Assembly: GCA_023150555.1 (NCBI GenBank)
Contig: JAKLKQ010000025.1
Location: 19,069-83,068, forward strand
From: Planctomycetota bacterium
GTDB taxonomy: Bacteria; Planctomycetota; SZUA-567; H5-PLA8
DNA: 64,000 bases
Direction: 5' to 3'
Shown: positions 28,773 through 38,941 of the stretch, piece after piece
Layout: each line of letters begins with the position of its first letter
Numbering within the stretch: the stretch's first letter is position 1
The notes under the pieces: model-generated
What the model was told of the DNA's origin: nothing
The model's database searches: none
Seen by the model: only the letters and a program-made list of their open reading frames with translations
Made by a program: the position numbers and the translations under genes

Positions 28773-29723
28773 ATGGCCATGTCCAATTTCGCCGATCGAC
28801 TCGTCGAAGCCGTGCGCAAGAAGGGGAACCCCGTCTGCGTGGGGTTGGATCCGCGCTTCGATCTCCTCCCTGCGCAACTGCGCGACGCGGCCGAAAGGGC
28901 CCACGGCAAGACGACGCGCGCGGTTGCGGAGGCTTTCCTCGCCTTCAACAAGGCGCTGCTCGATGCCGTCGCCGATGTCGCGCCCGTCTGCAAGCCGCAG
29001 ATCGCTTTCTACGAGGAGTTCGGTTCGGAGGGCATCCGCGCCTACGAAGAGACGGTGCGCTACGCGAAGGCCAGGGGCATGCTGGTGATCTCCGACGCCA
29101 AGCGCGGCGACATCGGCACCACCGCGGTGGCCTACGCGCGCGCGCACCTGGGTGGCATGGGCATCGAGGGCGGCGACGGTACCATCGGCTTCGACGCCGA
29201 CGCACTGACGGTGAACCCCTACATGGGCGCCGACACCTTGCAGCCGTACCTCGATGTCGGCGCGAAGGCCGGCAAGGGCATCTTCGTGCTGGTGAAGACC
29301 TCGAATCCCGGCTCCGGCGACCTGCAGGATCTTCAAGCCAACGGGAAGCCGATCTACGAACACGTCGCGGAGATTGTCAACAAACTGGGCGCCAAATGCC
29401 GCGGCTCATGTGGATTGCACAGCGTCGGCGCGGTGGTCGGCGCGACGTATCCCGAACAGGCGCGGCGGCTGCGCGAGGCCATGCCTGAGGCCATCTTCCT
29501 GGTGCCCGGCTACGGCGCGCAGGGCGGCACCGCGCAGGACGCGGCGGCGGCCTTCCGGCCCGACGGGCTGGGCGCTGTGGTCAACGCCAGCCGCGGGATC
29601 ATCTTCGCCTTCCGCCAGGAGCCGTACGCGGCCAGCCACGGCGAGGCCAAGTTCGCCGAAGCCGCCCGCGAGGCAACCAAGGCCATGGCCTCGGGCCTGA
29701 ACCAGGCACTAGCTTCCCGCTGA
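28773..29723 (+). CDS. pyrF: orotidine 5'-phosphate decarboxylase, type 2 (long form)
   Basis: VCVGLDPR, QIAFYE, ISDAKRGDIGTT, VNPYMG are hallmark OMPdecase type-2 motifs. Confidence 0.85.
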   Translation: MAMSNFADRLVEAVRKKGNPVCVGLDPRFDLLPAQLRDAAERAHGKTTRAVAEAFLAFNKALLDAVADVAPVCKPQIAFYEEFGSEGIRAYEETVRYAKARGMLVISDAKRGDIGTTAVAYARAHLGGMGIEGGDGTIGFDADALTVNPYMGADTLQPYLDVGAKAGKGIFVLVKTSNPGSGDLQDLQANGKPIYEHVAEIVNKLGAKCRGSCGLHSVGAVVGATYPEQARRLREAMPEAIFLVPGYGAQGGTAQDAAAAFRPDGLGAVVNASRGIIFAFRQEPYAASHGEAKFAEAAREATKAMASGLNQALASR

Positions 29724-30076
29724 AATACCTTCTGGGGTAGCTCGAAAGGTCCTCGCCGCGGGCCCCAATATAAGGAGGCAGCGGTGCTCCAGTGCACCTA
29801 ATCCCGTCCGCGCGCCGAACTTGTAAAGCCTAACCAGAATTTCATTTGCGCCGGAACCCCACCTCGTGCAGTATTTTGTGCTCGGGGTGCGGAATTTTCG
29901 GATTTCGGCCCCGATCCTTAGATACTTTTCCGGCGCTTTGCTGATTATCCATGCCGGAACAGGGGTCCGCGCAACGCGGCTGCAGGGGGGTATCGAAGAC
30001 GTCGACGGTCCGCCCTGCTCCACGCGCATGTGCGCGCGCCGCGGCCTGATCCGCAGCGCGGGGAGGATACGAGACT

Positions 30077-30844
30077 ATGGAACAGTTCCTAGAAGTCGCC
30101 TTCAACCTGCCGACCGTGATCTACACGGTGCTGCTGATCTTCGTGCTGCTCTTCTGGGGCTCGGTGCTGGCCGCGGGCCTCGATCCACACATGTTCGACG
30201 CGCATGTCGAGGTGCCGGCGCATGTGGACGTACCGAGCGACGTGCACGTGGATGCCCATGTCGACGGTCACGTTGACGCGCATGGAGAGGTGCATGCCGA
30301 GAAGGACGTGGCGGTACACGGCGGCGGGCACTGGGTGATGGTCCTGTTGACGACGCTGAACATCGGAACGGTGCCGGTGACGGTGGTGCTGAGCTGTGCG
30401 GTCTTCGCGGCCTGGACCACGAGCATGGCTCTGAACCTTTTCGTCGCCGAAAATGTCGCAATCTACCTGCATCCGATCGTCTGGATCGCGGCGGCGCTGG
30501 CGAGCGCGGGGGTGACGGGGCTCATCGTCGCCGCACTGGCCACCCGTCCGCTGAGACCGCTCTTCAAGAACTACACGCAGACGGCGCAAGAGGACCTGAT
30601 CGACCAGATCTGCACGATCCGCACCAGCCACGTGGACGAGAAGTTCGGACAGGCGGAATACGAAACCGACGGCGCGCCGCTGATCCTCTCGGTCTGCTGC
30701 CGGCGCAAGAACAACGACCTGACCAAGGGCGTTAAAGCGGTGATCGTCGGCTACAACCGGAGAACCGACACGTACGAGGTAGCCAAGCTGGATCCCGAAA
30801 GCTCCAGGAAGAAGTCCGTAAAGAGGACGGCGAAGGCCGACTGA
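30077..30844 (+). CDS. NfeD/YqiJ-like inner-membrane protein with C-terminal OB-fold and a His/Asp-rich insert
   Basis: N-terminal TM helices, a HVDxHVDxHVD repeat, more TM helices, then a C-terminal soluble beta domain (KGVKAVIVGYNRRTDTYEV). RBS gggagga. Directly upstream of the flotillin gene, as in yqiJ-yqiK. Confidence 0.7.
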   Translation: MEQFLEVAFNLPTVIYTVLLIFVLLFWGSVLAAGLDPHMFDAHVEVPAHVDVPSDVHVDAHVDGHVDAHGEVHAEKDVAVHGGGHWVMVLLTTLNIGTVPVTVVLSCAVFAAWTTSMALNLFVAENVAIYLHPIVWIAAALASAGVTGLIVAALATRPLRPLFKNYTQTAQEDLIDQICTIRTSHVDEKFGQAEYETDGAPLILSVCCRRKNNDLTKGVKAVIVGYNRRTDTYEVAKLDPESSRKKSVKRTAKAD

Positions 30845-30913
30845 ACTGCAAACAAGAGAGAGGCGGACGGCGGCCCTAGTCGGGCGGCTGGACGCGAACA
30901 AAGGAGAGCAGCA

Positions 30914-33088
30914 ATGGACCTGATCATGGCGAATTTCCCGTTGGTGCTCGGAGATTGGAGCAATTGGCTCTCCGGCGGTTATTTACTCATACTCGTCTGC
31001 ACCGTTGTGGCTGGAATTTTGGGCTTAGGGTTCCTGAAGTGGCTGCTGGGCTTCTACCGCAAGGTGGAACAGGGCAAGGCTCTGATCATCAACAAGACCC
31101 GCGGCAATATCGACGTCTCTTTCACCGGCGGGCTGGTGCTGCCGGTGCTGCACCTCGCCGAGGTGATGGACCTCTCGGTGAAGAAGATCGAGATCGACCG
31201 GCGCGGCAAGGAAGGCCTGATCTGCAAGGACAACATCCGCGCGGACATCACGGTCGCCTTCTTCGTGCGCGTCAATCCCACCCAGGACGATGTGAAAAAG
31301 GTGGCGCAGAGCATCGGGTGTGCGCGCGCCAGTGCCCAGGAGACCCTGGAGCAACTCTTCAACGCCAAATTCTCCGAAGCCCTGAAGACCGTTGGCAAGC
31401 TGATGAACTTCATCGAGTTGTACGAGAATCGCGAGAACTTCCGCGAACGCATCATTGAGGTCATCGGCAAGGACCTGAACGGCTACTTCCTGGAAGACTG
31501 CGCCATCGACTACCTCGAACAGACGCCCATCGAGAGCCTGGACAAGGAGAACATCCTCGACGCCGAAGGCATCAAGAAGATCACGATGCTGACCGTAGAG
31601 GAGCACATCCAGGCGAACAAGCACCGCCGCCGCGAAGACAAGGAAGTCACCGAGGAGAACGTACGAACCCGCGAGACGATCCTGGAGCTGGAACGCGCGC
31701 AGGCGCAAGCCGAGCTGGAGCAGAAGAAAAATATTGAGGTCATCCGTGCCGAGCAGGAAGCGGAGTCTGCGATCAAGGCCGCCGAACAGCGGCGCCAGTC
31801 CGAGATGGCGCGCATCGAGGCCGAGAAGGAGATCTCCAAGTCCAACGAGGTCCGAGAGCGTGACGTCGCCGTCGCGGCCAAGGACAAGGAGCGCGCCATC
31901 GCCGTCGAGAACGAGAATGTCGAGCGCGCGCGCCAGAAGGCCGCCATCGACCGCGAGCGCGAAGTCACGCTGCTGGCCATCGAGAAGGAGAAGGCCGTCG
32001 AAGTCGAAAAGAAGAACATCCAGGACGTGATCCGCCAGCGCGTCGCGGTAGAAAAGACCGTCGCGGTGGAGGAGGAAAACATCAAGGACGTGCGCGCCAT
32101 CGCTACCGCCGAACGAGGCAAGAAGGTCGCCATCACCGCAGCCGAACAGCACGCGCAGGAAGCCCTGGTGAAGGACATCAAGGCCGCCGAGGCACAGGAG
32201 ATCGCCGCCAAGCACCTGGCTGCGCAAGAGATCACCATGGCGCAGGCCGAACTGGCCAAGAGCGAGAAGCTGGCGCTGGCCAAGATGAAGATGGCCGAAG
32301 GTGTCGCGGCCGAGGCCGCCGCCGAAGGCCTGGCGAAGGTTCGGGTGAAGGAAGCCGACGCGGACGCCACCGAAAAGATGGGCAAGGCCGAGGCCGTCGC
32401 CATTCGCGAAAAGGGCAAGGCCTCCGCTGACGCGAACAAGGAAGGCCGCCTGGCAGAGGCGACTGGCATTGAAGCCGAAGGCTTGGCGAAGGCCAAGGCG
32501 CGAACCGCCGACGCAGCCGCCAGCAAGGAATACTACCTGGCAGAGGCCGAAGGCATCCGCGAGAAGGCTCTCGCCGAGGCCGAAGGCATCGACAAGAAGG
32601 CCGACGCCATGAAGCAGCTCGACGAACGCACCATCTCGCACGAGGAGTTCCGCATCGGACTGGACGTTCAGAAGCAGATCGACAACTGGCGCATTCACGC
32701 CGGCCAGGCCGTTGGCTTGGAACAGGCCAAGGTCCTGGGCGAGGCCCTGAAGAACGCCAAGTTCGAGATCGTCGGCGGCGACGGCGAGTTCTTCGACCGC
32801 TTCGTCAGCGCCGTCGGCGCCGGCAAGAGCCTGGATGCCTTCGTCGACCGCAGCGAAGTCGTCCAGAAGCTCGGCAAGGAGTACCTCAACGGCGACGGGA
32901 ACTTCATGGAGGACCTCAAGGAGATCCTCGTGAATGCCAACCTCGGCACCGAGGATCTGAAGAATATCTCCATCACGGCGCTACTGACCAAGCTGATGGC
33001 CGGTGCCACCGACGACGCAACCAAGTCGAAACTGGCGCGGCTGCTGGCCGTCGCCGAGGACGGCGGCAAGAAGAAGGGCCGCCGCTGA
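30914..33088 (+). CDS. flotillin-like SPFH/band-7 protein (YqiK/FloT-type) with long EA-rich coiled coil
   Basis: ALIINKTRGNIDVSFTGGLVLPVLHLAEVMDLSVKKIEIDRRGKEGLICKDNIRADITVAFFVRVNP... is near-identical in pattern to E. coli YqiK. N-terminal TM helix. About 350 aa of E/A/K/R coiled coil. Confidence 0.85.
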   Translation: MDLIMANFPLVLGDWSNWLSGGYLLILVCTVVAGILGLGFLKWLLGFYRKVEQGKALIINKTRGNIDVSFTGGLVLPVLHLAEVMDLSVKKIEIDRRGKEGLICKDNIRADITVAFFVRVNPTQDDVKKVAQSIGCARASAQETLEQLFNAKFSEALKTVGKLMNFIELYENRENFRERIIEVIGKDLNGYFLEDCAIDYLEQTPIESLDKENILDAEGIKKITMLTVEEHIQANKHRRREDKEVTEENVRTRETILELERAQAQAELEQKKNIEVIRAEQEAESAIKAAEQRRQSEMARIEAEKEISKSNEVRERDVAVAAKDKERAIAVENENVERARQKAAIDREREVTLLAIEKEKAVEVEKKNIQDVIRQRVAVEKTVAVEEENIKDVRAIATAERGKKVAITAAEQHAQEALVKDIKAAEAQEIAAKHLAAQEITMAQAELAKSEKLALAKMKMAEGVAAEAAAEGLAKVRVKEADADATEKMGKAEAVAIREKGKASADANKEGRLAEATGIEAEGLAKAKARTADAAASKEYYLAEAEGIREKALAEAEGIDKKADAMKQLDERTISHEEFRIGLDVQKQIDNWRIHAGQAVGLEQAKVLGEALKNAKFEIVGGDGEFFDRFVSAVGAGKSLDAFVDRSEVVQKLGKEYLNGDGNFMEDLKEILVNANLGTEDLKNISITALLTKLMAGATDDATKSKLARLLAVAEDGGKKKGRR

Positions 33089-33194
33089 GCGAAGTGCCGG
33101 TCATGCTGGGCTGCGCCCGTGTGTCACGAAGGACATGCGGGCGCGGCGCTTAGCGGCCTGCGCACCCCGGTTCCGAAAGCGATGACCGAGTCCC

Positions 33195-36100
33195 ATGGCT
33201 GAAACGTCCGCACCCGCGAAGCCCGAGGCCGCCCAGGAACGCCAGGCGGCGGAGGCCCAGGCCGCCCAGGCCGGCGGCGCCTACGAGGTCCTGCGCGACC
33301 GTCTGGGCGAACAGTGCCTGGAGTTGCGTAACCGCGTCGACAAACTGAACGCGCGGCGCCGCGAGATCTTCGGCGGGCAGGAAACGAAGCTCATTGGCAG
33401 CCCGCGCATCCAGACCGAACACAACTGCAAGCCCCACGACATCATCCACCTCGGCAACAAGTTGATCGTCGGGTTCGACGTCTACCTGGGCATGAAGAAG
33501 GAGACGGAAGTCTCCGATATCCTGGGCGTGTACGAGTTCGACGGCCAGCAGTTCTACCCTCTGGGCATCGACTTCCTGTCCGATCCGAAGTTCCAGTTCG
33601 ATTTCAAGGACCTCTACAAGTACTACAAGGAGGCCCGGCTTCTTCAGCTGCGCAACACCGGCACGCACCTGAAGTTCGTCTTCCAAACCGGCCGCGCGCA
33701 CTCGGACGTGAAGGTCCTGCGCTTCCTGATCAAGCAGGACAAGTCGGTCCAGTACGCCGACAACCGCGGCGAGAACGTCTATCCGGAGCAGTTCGACTTC
33801 AAGTGGACGCGCACCACGCGCGACGACCACGTCGAGGGCCGCTACCCGCACGTCTCGATCGCGGACGAGCTTTTCGTCGAATGCGTCGGCGGCGACCTGA
33901 CCGTGAAGGTCGAGGACAACACCGACTCCGGCGAAGGCATCTATTCCGAACCGGTGGCCGAGATCAACCAGTCGCTGAACGACGCTGAGATCTACTACGT
34001 CCTGCTCGACAACCTGGTCCTGTTGAAGATCAAGCCCTTCGGCGAGGAGCAGTACCGCTACCTTGTGTACAGCAAACTCACGCAGAAGGTCCGGCGGGTC
34101 GACGCCCTGCGCCTGGCCTGCGTGCAACTGCCCGAGGGGCACGGCATTATTTTCCCCGGCGGCTACTTTCTGCAGACCGGCGAGTGCAAGATGTTCTCCG
34201 ACGACGTGGAGAACATGGAGTTCTTCAAGTCCATCAAGTCCGCCAACGGCGAGGACGTGCTGTACCTCTTCCACGACCGCCGAACCGGGCGCTACATCCT
34301 GCTGCAGTACAACCTGATCAACAAGACAGTCGATACGCCCATCGTGTGCCACGGCTATTCGCTGTATTCCGACGGCAAGCTGGTGATTCTGCGCGAGGCC
34401 GGGCAGGAGCCGGCCAAGAGCCACCCTGTGCAGATCTGGCAGACGGCCTTCATAGGCGAGGACTACCAGGCGCCGATGAAGGACGAAAGCTTCATCGGCA
34501 AGATCGGCAACAAGGATCTGGTCACGGGCATCTCCGACGCGCTGACCATCGTGAAACTCGCGCGCGAGACCGCGCCCACGGTCGCCGCCTACGCGGACCT
34601 GGTGAAGCAGACTGACGCCGTGCTGAATCGCTACCACTGGCTGGGCAGCGGCGACTGCTTCAATCTCGAGGAAGTGCTCAAGCAGATCCGCGAGACCGGC
34701 AACACCATCATCGACGAGTTCGAGAAGGTCCTGCAGATCCGCAAGGCCACTGGCGTGCGCATCGACGCCTTCGAGAGGGAAGTCGACGCGCACTTCCGCG
34801 AGTTCTTGCCCGAATCGCTGCAGGACGTCGACCAGCATGCCCAGGCGCTGGCGCGCATCCGCCACCTGCGCGGCACGGCGATCTCGCTGCGCGAGCTGCG
34901 GTACTCGGACCTGGAGCGCCTTCAAGGCGTGGAGAAGCGCCTGGTCGAGGCCTTCGACGTGCTGTCCGAGCGCACCGTCGGCTTCCTGCGCAGCCCCGAC
35001 GCCCTGAAGCCCTACGCCGCACGCCTGGACGAGACGCTTGCTCGCATCGAGGCGCTGAAGAAGGTCACCGACGCCGACGCCCTGCGCGAGGAGCTGGACG
35101 GACTGGGCGAGGGCCTGGACCTGCTCACCGAGATCGTCAACAATCTCAAGATCGACGACGCCACCGCCCGCACCGAGATCATCGAGGCCCTGGGCGAGAT
35201 CTACGCGCACCTCAACCGCGCCAAGGCGCTGCTCGCCAGCCGCCGCAAGGATCTCCTGGGCAGGGAACTGGTCGCCGAGTTCGGCGCGCAGTTCAAGCTG
35301 CTGGGGCAGGGCGTTGCCAACTACCTGGGCCTGGCCGATACGCCCGAGAAGTGCGACGACCACCTGACCAAGCTGCTGGTGCAGGTCGAGGAGTTGGAGG
35401 CGAAGTTCTCCGACTTCCCCGAGTACGTCGAGAAGCTGACGGCCAAGCGCGAGGAGGTCTACGACGCGTTCAGCGGCCGCAAGCAGCAGCTGCTCGACGA
35501 GCGCCAGCGCAAGGCTGCCGCCCTGGCCGAGGCCGCCGACCGCATCCTGAAGGGCGTCGCGCGCCGCGCCGCCGCCTTCAAGAGCGACGACGAGTTGAAC
35601 GGCTACTTCGCCGGTGATGCGATGGTGATGAAGGTCCGCGACATTATCGAGAAGCTGCGCGAGTTGGGCGACAGCGTCAAGGCCGACGATCTTTTCTCGC
35701 GCCTGAAGAGCGCGCGCCAGGATGCGGGCCGAAGCCTCCGCGACAAGCTCGAGATCTTCGACGAAGGCGACATCATCAAGCTCGGAAAGCGCCGCTTCAA
35801 CGTCAACACCCAGCCGCTGGACCTGACCCTGGTGCGCCGCGACGAGGCCATGTGCTTCCACCTGACTGGCACCGACTACTACCAGCCGGTCACGGACGCC
35901 GAGTTCCTGAAGACCAGGCCGTTCTGGACGCAGGACCTGCCCAGCGAGAACGAGCACGTCTACCGCGCCGAGTACCTCGCGTGGAAGATGCTCGACGATG
36001 CGGAGTCCGGCCGCAGCGGGCTGGACATCGCGAAGCTCGAGGCCGCCGCCGCCGGCAAGAAGCTCGACGCGTTGCTGGACCTCGTGCGCGAGTACGCTTC

Positions 36101-38726
36101 GGGCCTGTACGACGAAGGCTACGACCGCGGCGTGCACGACCACGACGCCGCGCTGATCCTGCGCGCGGCGCTTTCGCTGCGCGCCGAGTGCGGCCTGCTG
36201 CGCTTCGATCCGCGCAACCGCGCGCTGGCGTGTCTCTTCTGGAGCCACTTCGCGGACGAAGGCCGGCGCGTGCTGATCGAACGCAAGGCGCGCAGCCTGG
36301 GTTCGATGAAGCTCGTCTTCCTCAACGGCGGCGGCTCGCGGGTCTTCCAGCACCAGCTTGCCATGTGGATGCAGACTTTCTGCGAGACGCACGCGCTTCC
36401 GTGCGAGGGCGCGGACTTCGTCACGGCCGCGCGGTACCTCTTCCTGGAGCTCTCGGACGCTAAGTCCACGGGCTTCGCGACGTCGCAGGAGGCCGCCGCG
36501 CTGCTCGACGCCTTCCTGACGCATCTGGACGGCACGCCCGCGCGCAAGAGCCTGGAGAGCGACCTCAAGGCGCTGGAAGGCGATCTGCACAATGCCCTCG
36601 ACCTGGCCCACACATGGCTCTCGTCGTTCTACGACGCCTCCGAGCGCAAGGCCGCAGGCCGGTACCTCGATGAGGCCATCGCGCTGCTGCTGACCAGGCA
36701 GAAGCTCCCGCGAAGTACGGTCGTCGCGAAGACCGGCGCCGAAGTGAGCGGCTTGCTGGGCCAGCACCCGATACTGGAAAGCGGGAAGCTCAATCTGCAA
36801 CTCGACGAGTTCCTGCAGCGCGTGGGCGCGTTCGCAGCGAACACGGCGCCTGCGTATCGCACCTACCAGGAGCAGCGCAAGCTCCTGCTGGAGCGCGAGC
36901 GCGAACGACTGCGCCTGGACGAGTTCCGCCCGCGGACGCTCAGCAGCTTTGTGCGCAACCGCCTGATCAACGACGTGTACCTGCCGGTGCTGGGCGACAA
37001 CCTGGCCAAACAGATGGGCGAGGCCGGCGAGCAGAAACGCACCGACTTGATGGGCCTGCTGCTGCTGATCTCGCCGCCGGGCTATGGCAAGACGACGCTG
37101 ATGGAGTATCTCGCCAACCGCCTGGGCCTGATCTTCATGAAGATCAACGGCCCGGCGCTGGGCCACGAGGTCCTTTCGCTGGATCCGAACGAGGCGCCCA
37201 ACGCGACGGCGAAGGAGGAGGTCCAGAAGCTGAACCTCGCCTTCGAGATGGGCAACAACGTGATGATCTACATCGACGACATCCAGCACACCCATCCCGA
37301 GTTCCTGCAGAAGTTCATCTCGCTGTGCGACGCGCAGCGCAAGGTGGAAGGCGTCTATAACGGCCGCGCGCGCACCTACGACCTGCGCGGCAAGAAGGTT
37401 TGCGTCGTGATGGCCGGCAACCCGTACACCGAAAGCGGCGCGCGCTTCCAAATCCCGGACATGCTCGCCAACCGCGCAGAAACCTACAACTTGGGCGACA
37501 TCATCGGCGGGCGCCGCGACCTCTTTGAGCTCAGCTACCTCGAGAATTCGATGACATCCAACTCGGTGCTGAACCCCCTGGCCACCCGCGAGCAGAAGGA
37601 CTTCTACAGGCTCGTCGAAATGGCCGACGGCGGCGAGGTCCCCGAAAGCGAACTCTCGCACGACTACTCCGGCGCGGAATTGAAGGAGATCCTCGATACC
37701 ATCAAGCGCCTGCGCGTGGTCCAGCGCGTGGTGCTGCGCGTGAACGAGGAGTACATCCGCTCGGCGTCGCAAAAGGACGAGTTCCGCACCGAGCCGCCGT
37801 TCAAACTCCAGGGCAGCTACCGCGACATGAACAAGATGGCATCCAAGGTTCTGCCCGTGATGAGCGAGCAGGAACTGGAAGGCGTGATTCGCGACCACTA
37901 CCGCGGCGAGTCGCAGACGCTAACCACCGGCGCCGAGCACAACCTGCTGAAGCTCGCCGAGATCCGCGGGCATCTGGCCGGTACGGAACTGGAGCGCTGG
38001 GACGAGATCAAGCGCACCTTCCGCCAGCACCAGTCGATGATGGGCGCTGACAAGGACGACCAGGCCGCGATGGTGGTTTCGCAACTGGCGTCCTTCAACA
38101 CCAACCTCGACCGCATCAAGGACGTAATCGCAAAGGCCGCGCAGAAGAACAACGGCGACCTGGGCCCGCAGTTGGCCGAGGCGCTTGCGCGTTTCGGCGA
38201 GGGCATGCAGGAGGCCGGCGACCAGCGCGCGGCGCAGATGGGCGAGCAGGTCGCACGCGCGTTCGAGAAGGTCGCGCAGGCGCTGGCCAAGCGCGACCGC
38301 GGCGAAGGCGACGAGGCGCAGGTGGCTGCCGCGCTGGACAAGGTCACCCAGGCGCTGGGCGCGCAGAACGCCGCACAGCCGAAGGTCGAGATCGTCAATA
38401 CGCTGCCGAAGTATTACGGCAACCTCTACAAGCACCACATCGACGTCATCGAAGCGGTGCTGATCCCGCTGATCAAATCGATGGACCACCAGATGGCGGA
38501 AGTCGACAACCTGCACGTGACGCTGGAAGGCGTGCTGGGCCGCCTCAACGAACTTGCCTCCCGCCACACGCAGCTCCAGGGCAAGGTCCACCACGAACAC
38601 GGCGAGGAAGAGGACGACGAACACGAGCCCGACGTCCCGCCCGCGCCCAAGCCGGCACCTGCCACCCGCAAGTCCGCCCCCAAGAACGCGCCCAAGCTGC
38701 GCGATCCCTTTAAGCGCGAGAAGTAG
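33195..38726 (+). CDS. giant 1843-aa protein with a single MoxR/AAA_5-like AAA+ ATPase module near the C-terminus (otherwise unassignable)
   Basis: Walker A ISPPGYGKTTLMEYLANRLG, Walker B VMIYIDDIQH, sensor-1 VVMAGNP, Arg finger region ANRAETYNLGD (about aa 1240-1420). N-terminal about 470 aa is beta-rich with no motif I recognise. The middle is about 700 aa helical/coiled-coil. Acidic His/Glu-rich C-terminal tail. Confidence 0.75.
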   Translation: MAETSAPAKPEAAQERQAAEAQAAQAGGAYEVLRDRLGEQCLELRNRVDKLNARRREIFGGQETKLIGSPRIQTEHNCKPHDIIHLGNKLIVGFDVYLGMKKETEVSDILGVYEFDGQQFYPLGIDFLSDPKFQFDFKDLYKYYKEARLLQLRNTGTHLKFVFQTGRAHSDVKVLRFLIKQDKSVQYADNRGENVYPEQFDFKWTRTTRDDHVEGRYPHVSIADELFVECVGGDLTVKVEDNTDSGEGIYSEPVAEINQSLNDAEIYYVLLDNLVLLKIKPFGEEQYRYLVYSKLTQKVRRVDALRLACVQLPEGHGIIFPGGYFLQTGECKMFSDDVENMEFFKSIKSANGEDVLYLFHDRRTGRYILLQYNLINKTVDTPIVCHGYSLYSDGKLVILREAGQEPAKSHPVQIWQTAFIGEDYQAPMKDESFIGKIGNKDLVTGISDALTIVKLARETAPTVAAYADLVKQTDAVLNRYHWLGSGDCFNLEEVLKQIRETGNTIIDEFEKVLQIRKATGVRIDAFEREVDAHFREFLPESLQDVDQHAQALARIRHLRGTAISLRELRYSDLERLQGVEKRLVEAFDVLSERTVGFLRSPDALKPYAARLDETLARIEALKKVTDADALREELDGLGEGLDLLTEIVNNLKIDDATARTEIIEALGEIYAHLNRAKALLASRRKDLLGRELVAEFGAQFKLLGQGVANYLGLADTPEKCDDHLTKLLVQVEELEAKFSDFPEYVEKLTAKREEVYDAFSGRKQQLLDERQRKAAALAEAADRILKGVARRAAAFKSDDELNGYFAGDAMVMKVRDIIEKLRELGDSVKADDLFSRLKSARQDAGRSLRDKLEIFDEGDIIKLGKRRFNVNTQPLDLTLVRRDEAMCFHLTGTDYYQPVTDAEFLKTRPFWTQDLPSENEHVYRAEYLAWKMLDDAESGRSGLDIAKLEAAAAGKKLDALLDLVREYASGLYDEGYDRGVHDHDAALILRAALSLRAECGLLRFDPRNRALACLFWSHFADEGRRVLIERKARSLGSMKLVFLNGGGSRVFQHQLAMWMQTFCETHALPCEGADFVTAARYLFLELSDAKSTGFATSQEAAALLDAFLTHLDGTPARKSLESDLKALEGDLHNALDLAHTWLSSFYDASERKAAGRYLDEAIALLLTRQKLPRSTVVAKTGAEVSGLLGQHPILESGKLNLQLDEFLQRVGAFAANTAPAYRTYQEQRKLLLERERERLRLDEFRPRTLSSFVRNRLINDVYLPVLGDNLAKQMGEAGEQKRTDLMGLLLLISPPGYGKTTLMEYLANRLGLIFMKINGPALGHEVLSLDPNEAPNATAKEEVQKLNLAFEMGNNVMIYIDDIQHTHPEFLQKFISLCDAQRKVEGVYNGRARTYDLRGKKVCVVMAGNPYTESGARFQIPDMLANRAETYNLGDIIGGRRDLFELSYLENSMTSNSVLNPLATREQKDFYRLVEMADGGEVPESELSHDYSGAELKEILDTIKRLRVVQRVVLRVNEEYIRSASQKDEFRTEPPFKLQGSYRDMNKMASKVLPVMSEQELEGVIRDHYRGESQTLTTGAEHNLLKLAEIRGHLAGTELERWDEIKRTFRQHQSMMGADKDDQAAMVVSQLASFNTNLDRIKDVIAKAAQKNNGDLGPQLAEALARFGEGMQEAGDQRAAQMGEQVARAFEKVAQALAKRDRGEGDEAQVAAALDKVTQALGAQNAAQPKVEIVNTLPKYYGNLYKHHIDVIEAVLIPLIKSMDHQMAEVDNLHVTLEGVLGRLNELASRHTQLQGKVHHEHGEEEDDEHEPDVPPAPKPAPATRKSAPKNAPKLRDPFKREK

Positions 38727-38941
38727 CTGCCGCCTGTAGGCGCCTTGTACGCCCGCTGCGCAGGGGGCCGCCAGAAGGCCTTTTGCACGGAAGTTCCCAT
38801 CCTTTCAACTCGTTTTAAATGAATAGGTTACGGATTCGGTCAGGCAGGCCTGGCCGCTCGGCGCCACGGCATCGGGTTTGCATTCCAATTCCTTGCCTGA
38901 GGGGATGGAAGCAGGGACTTATTGGAACGGGAGTGCGCGCC

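Noticed and set aside
33150-37898. 1582-aa minus-strand ORF antisense to the giant AAA+ gene
   Set aside because: Same reasoning. The sense frame has Walker A/B and sensor motifs in correct order. The antisense frame has none.
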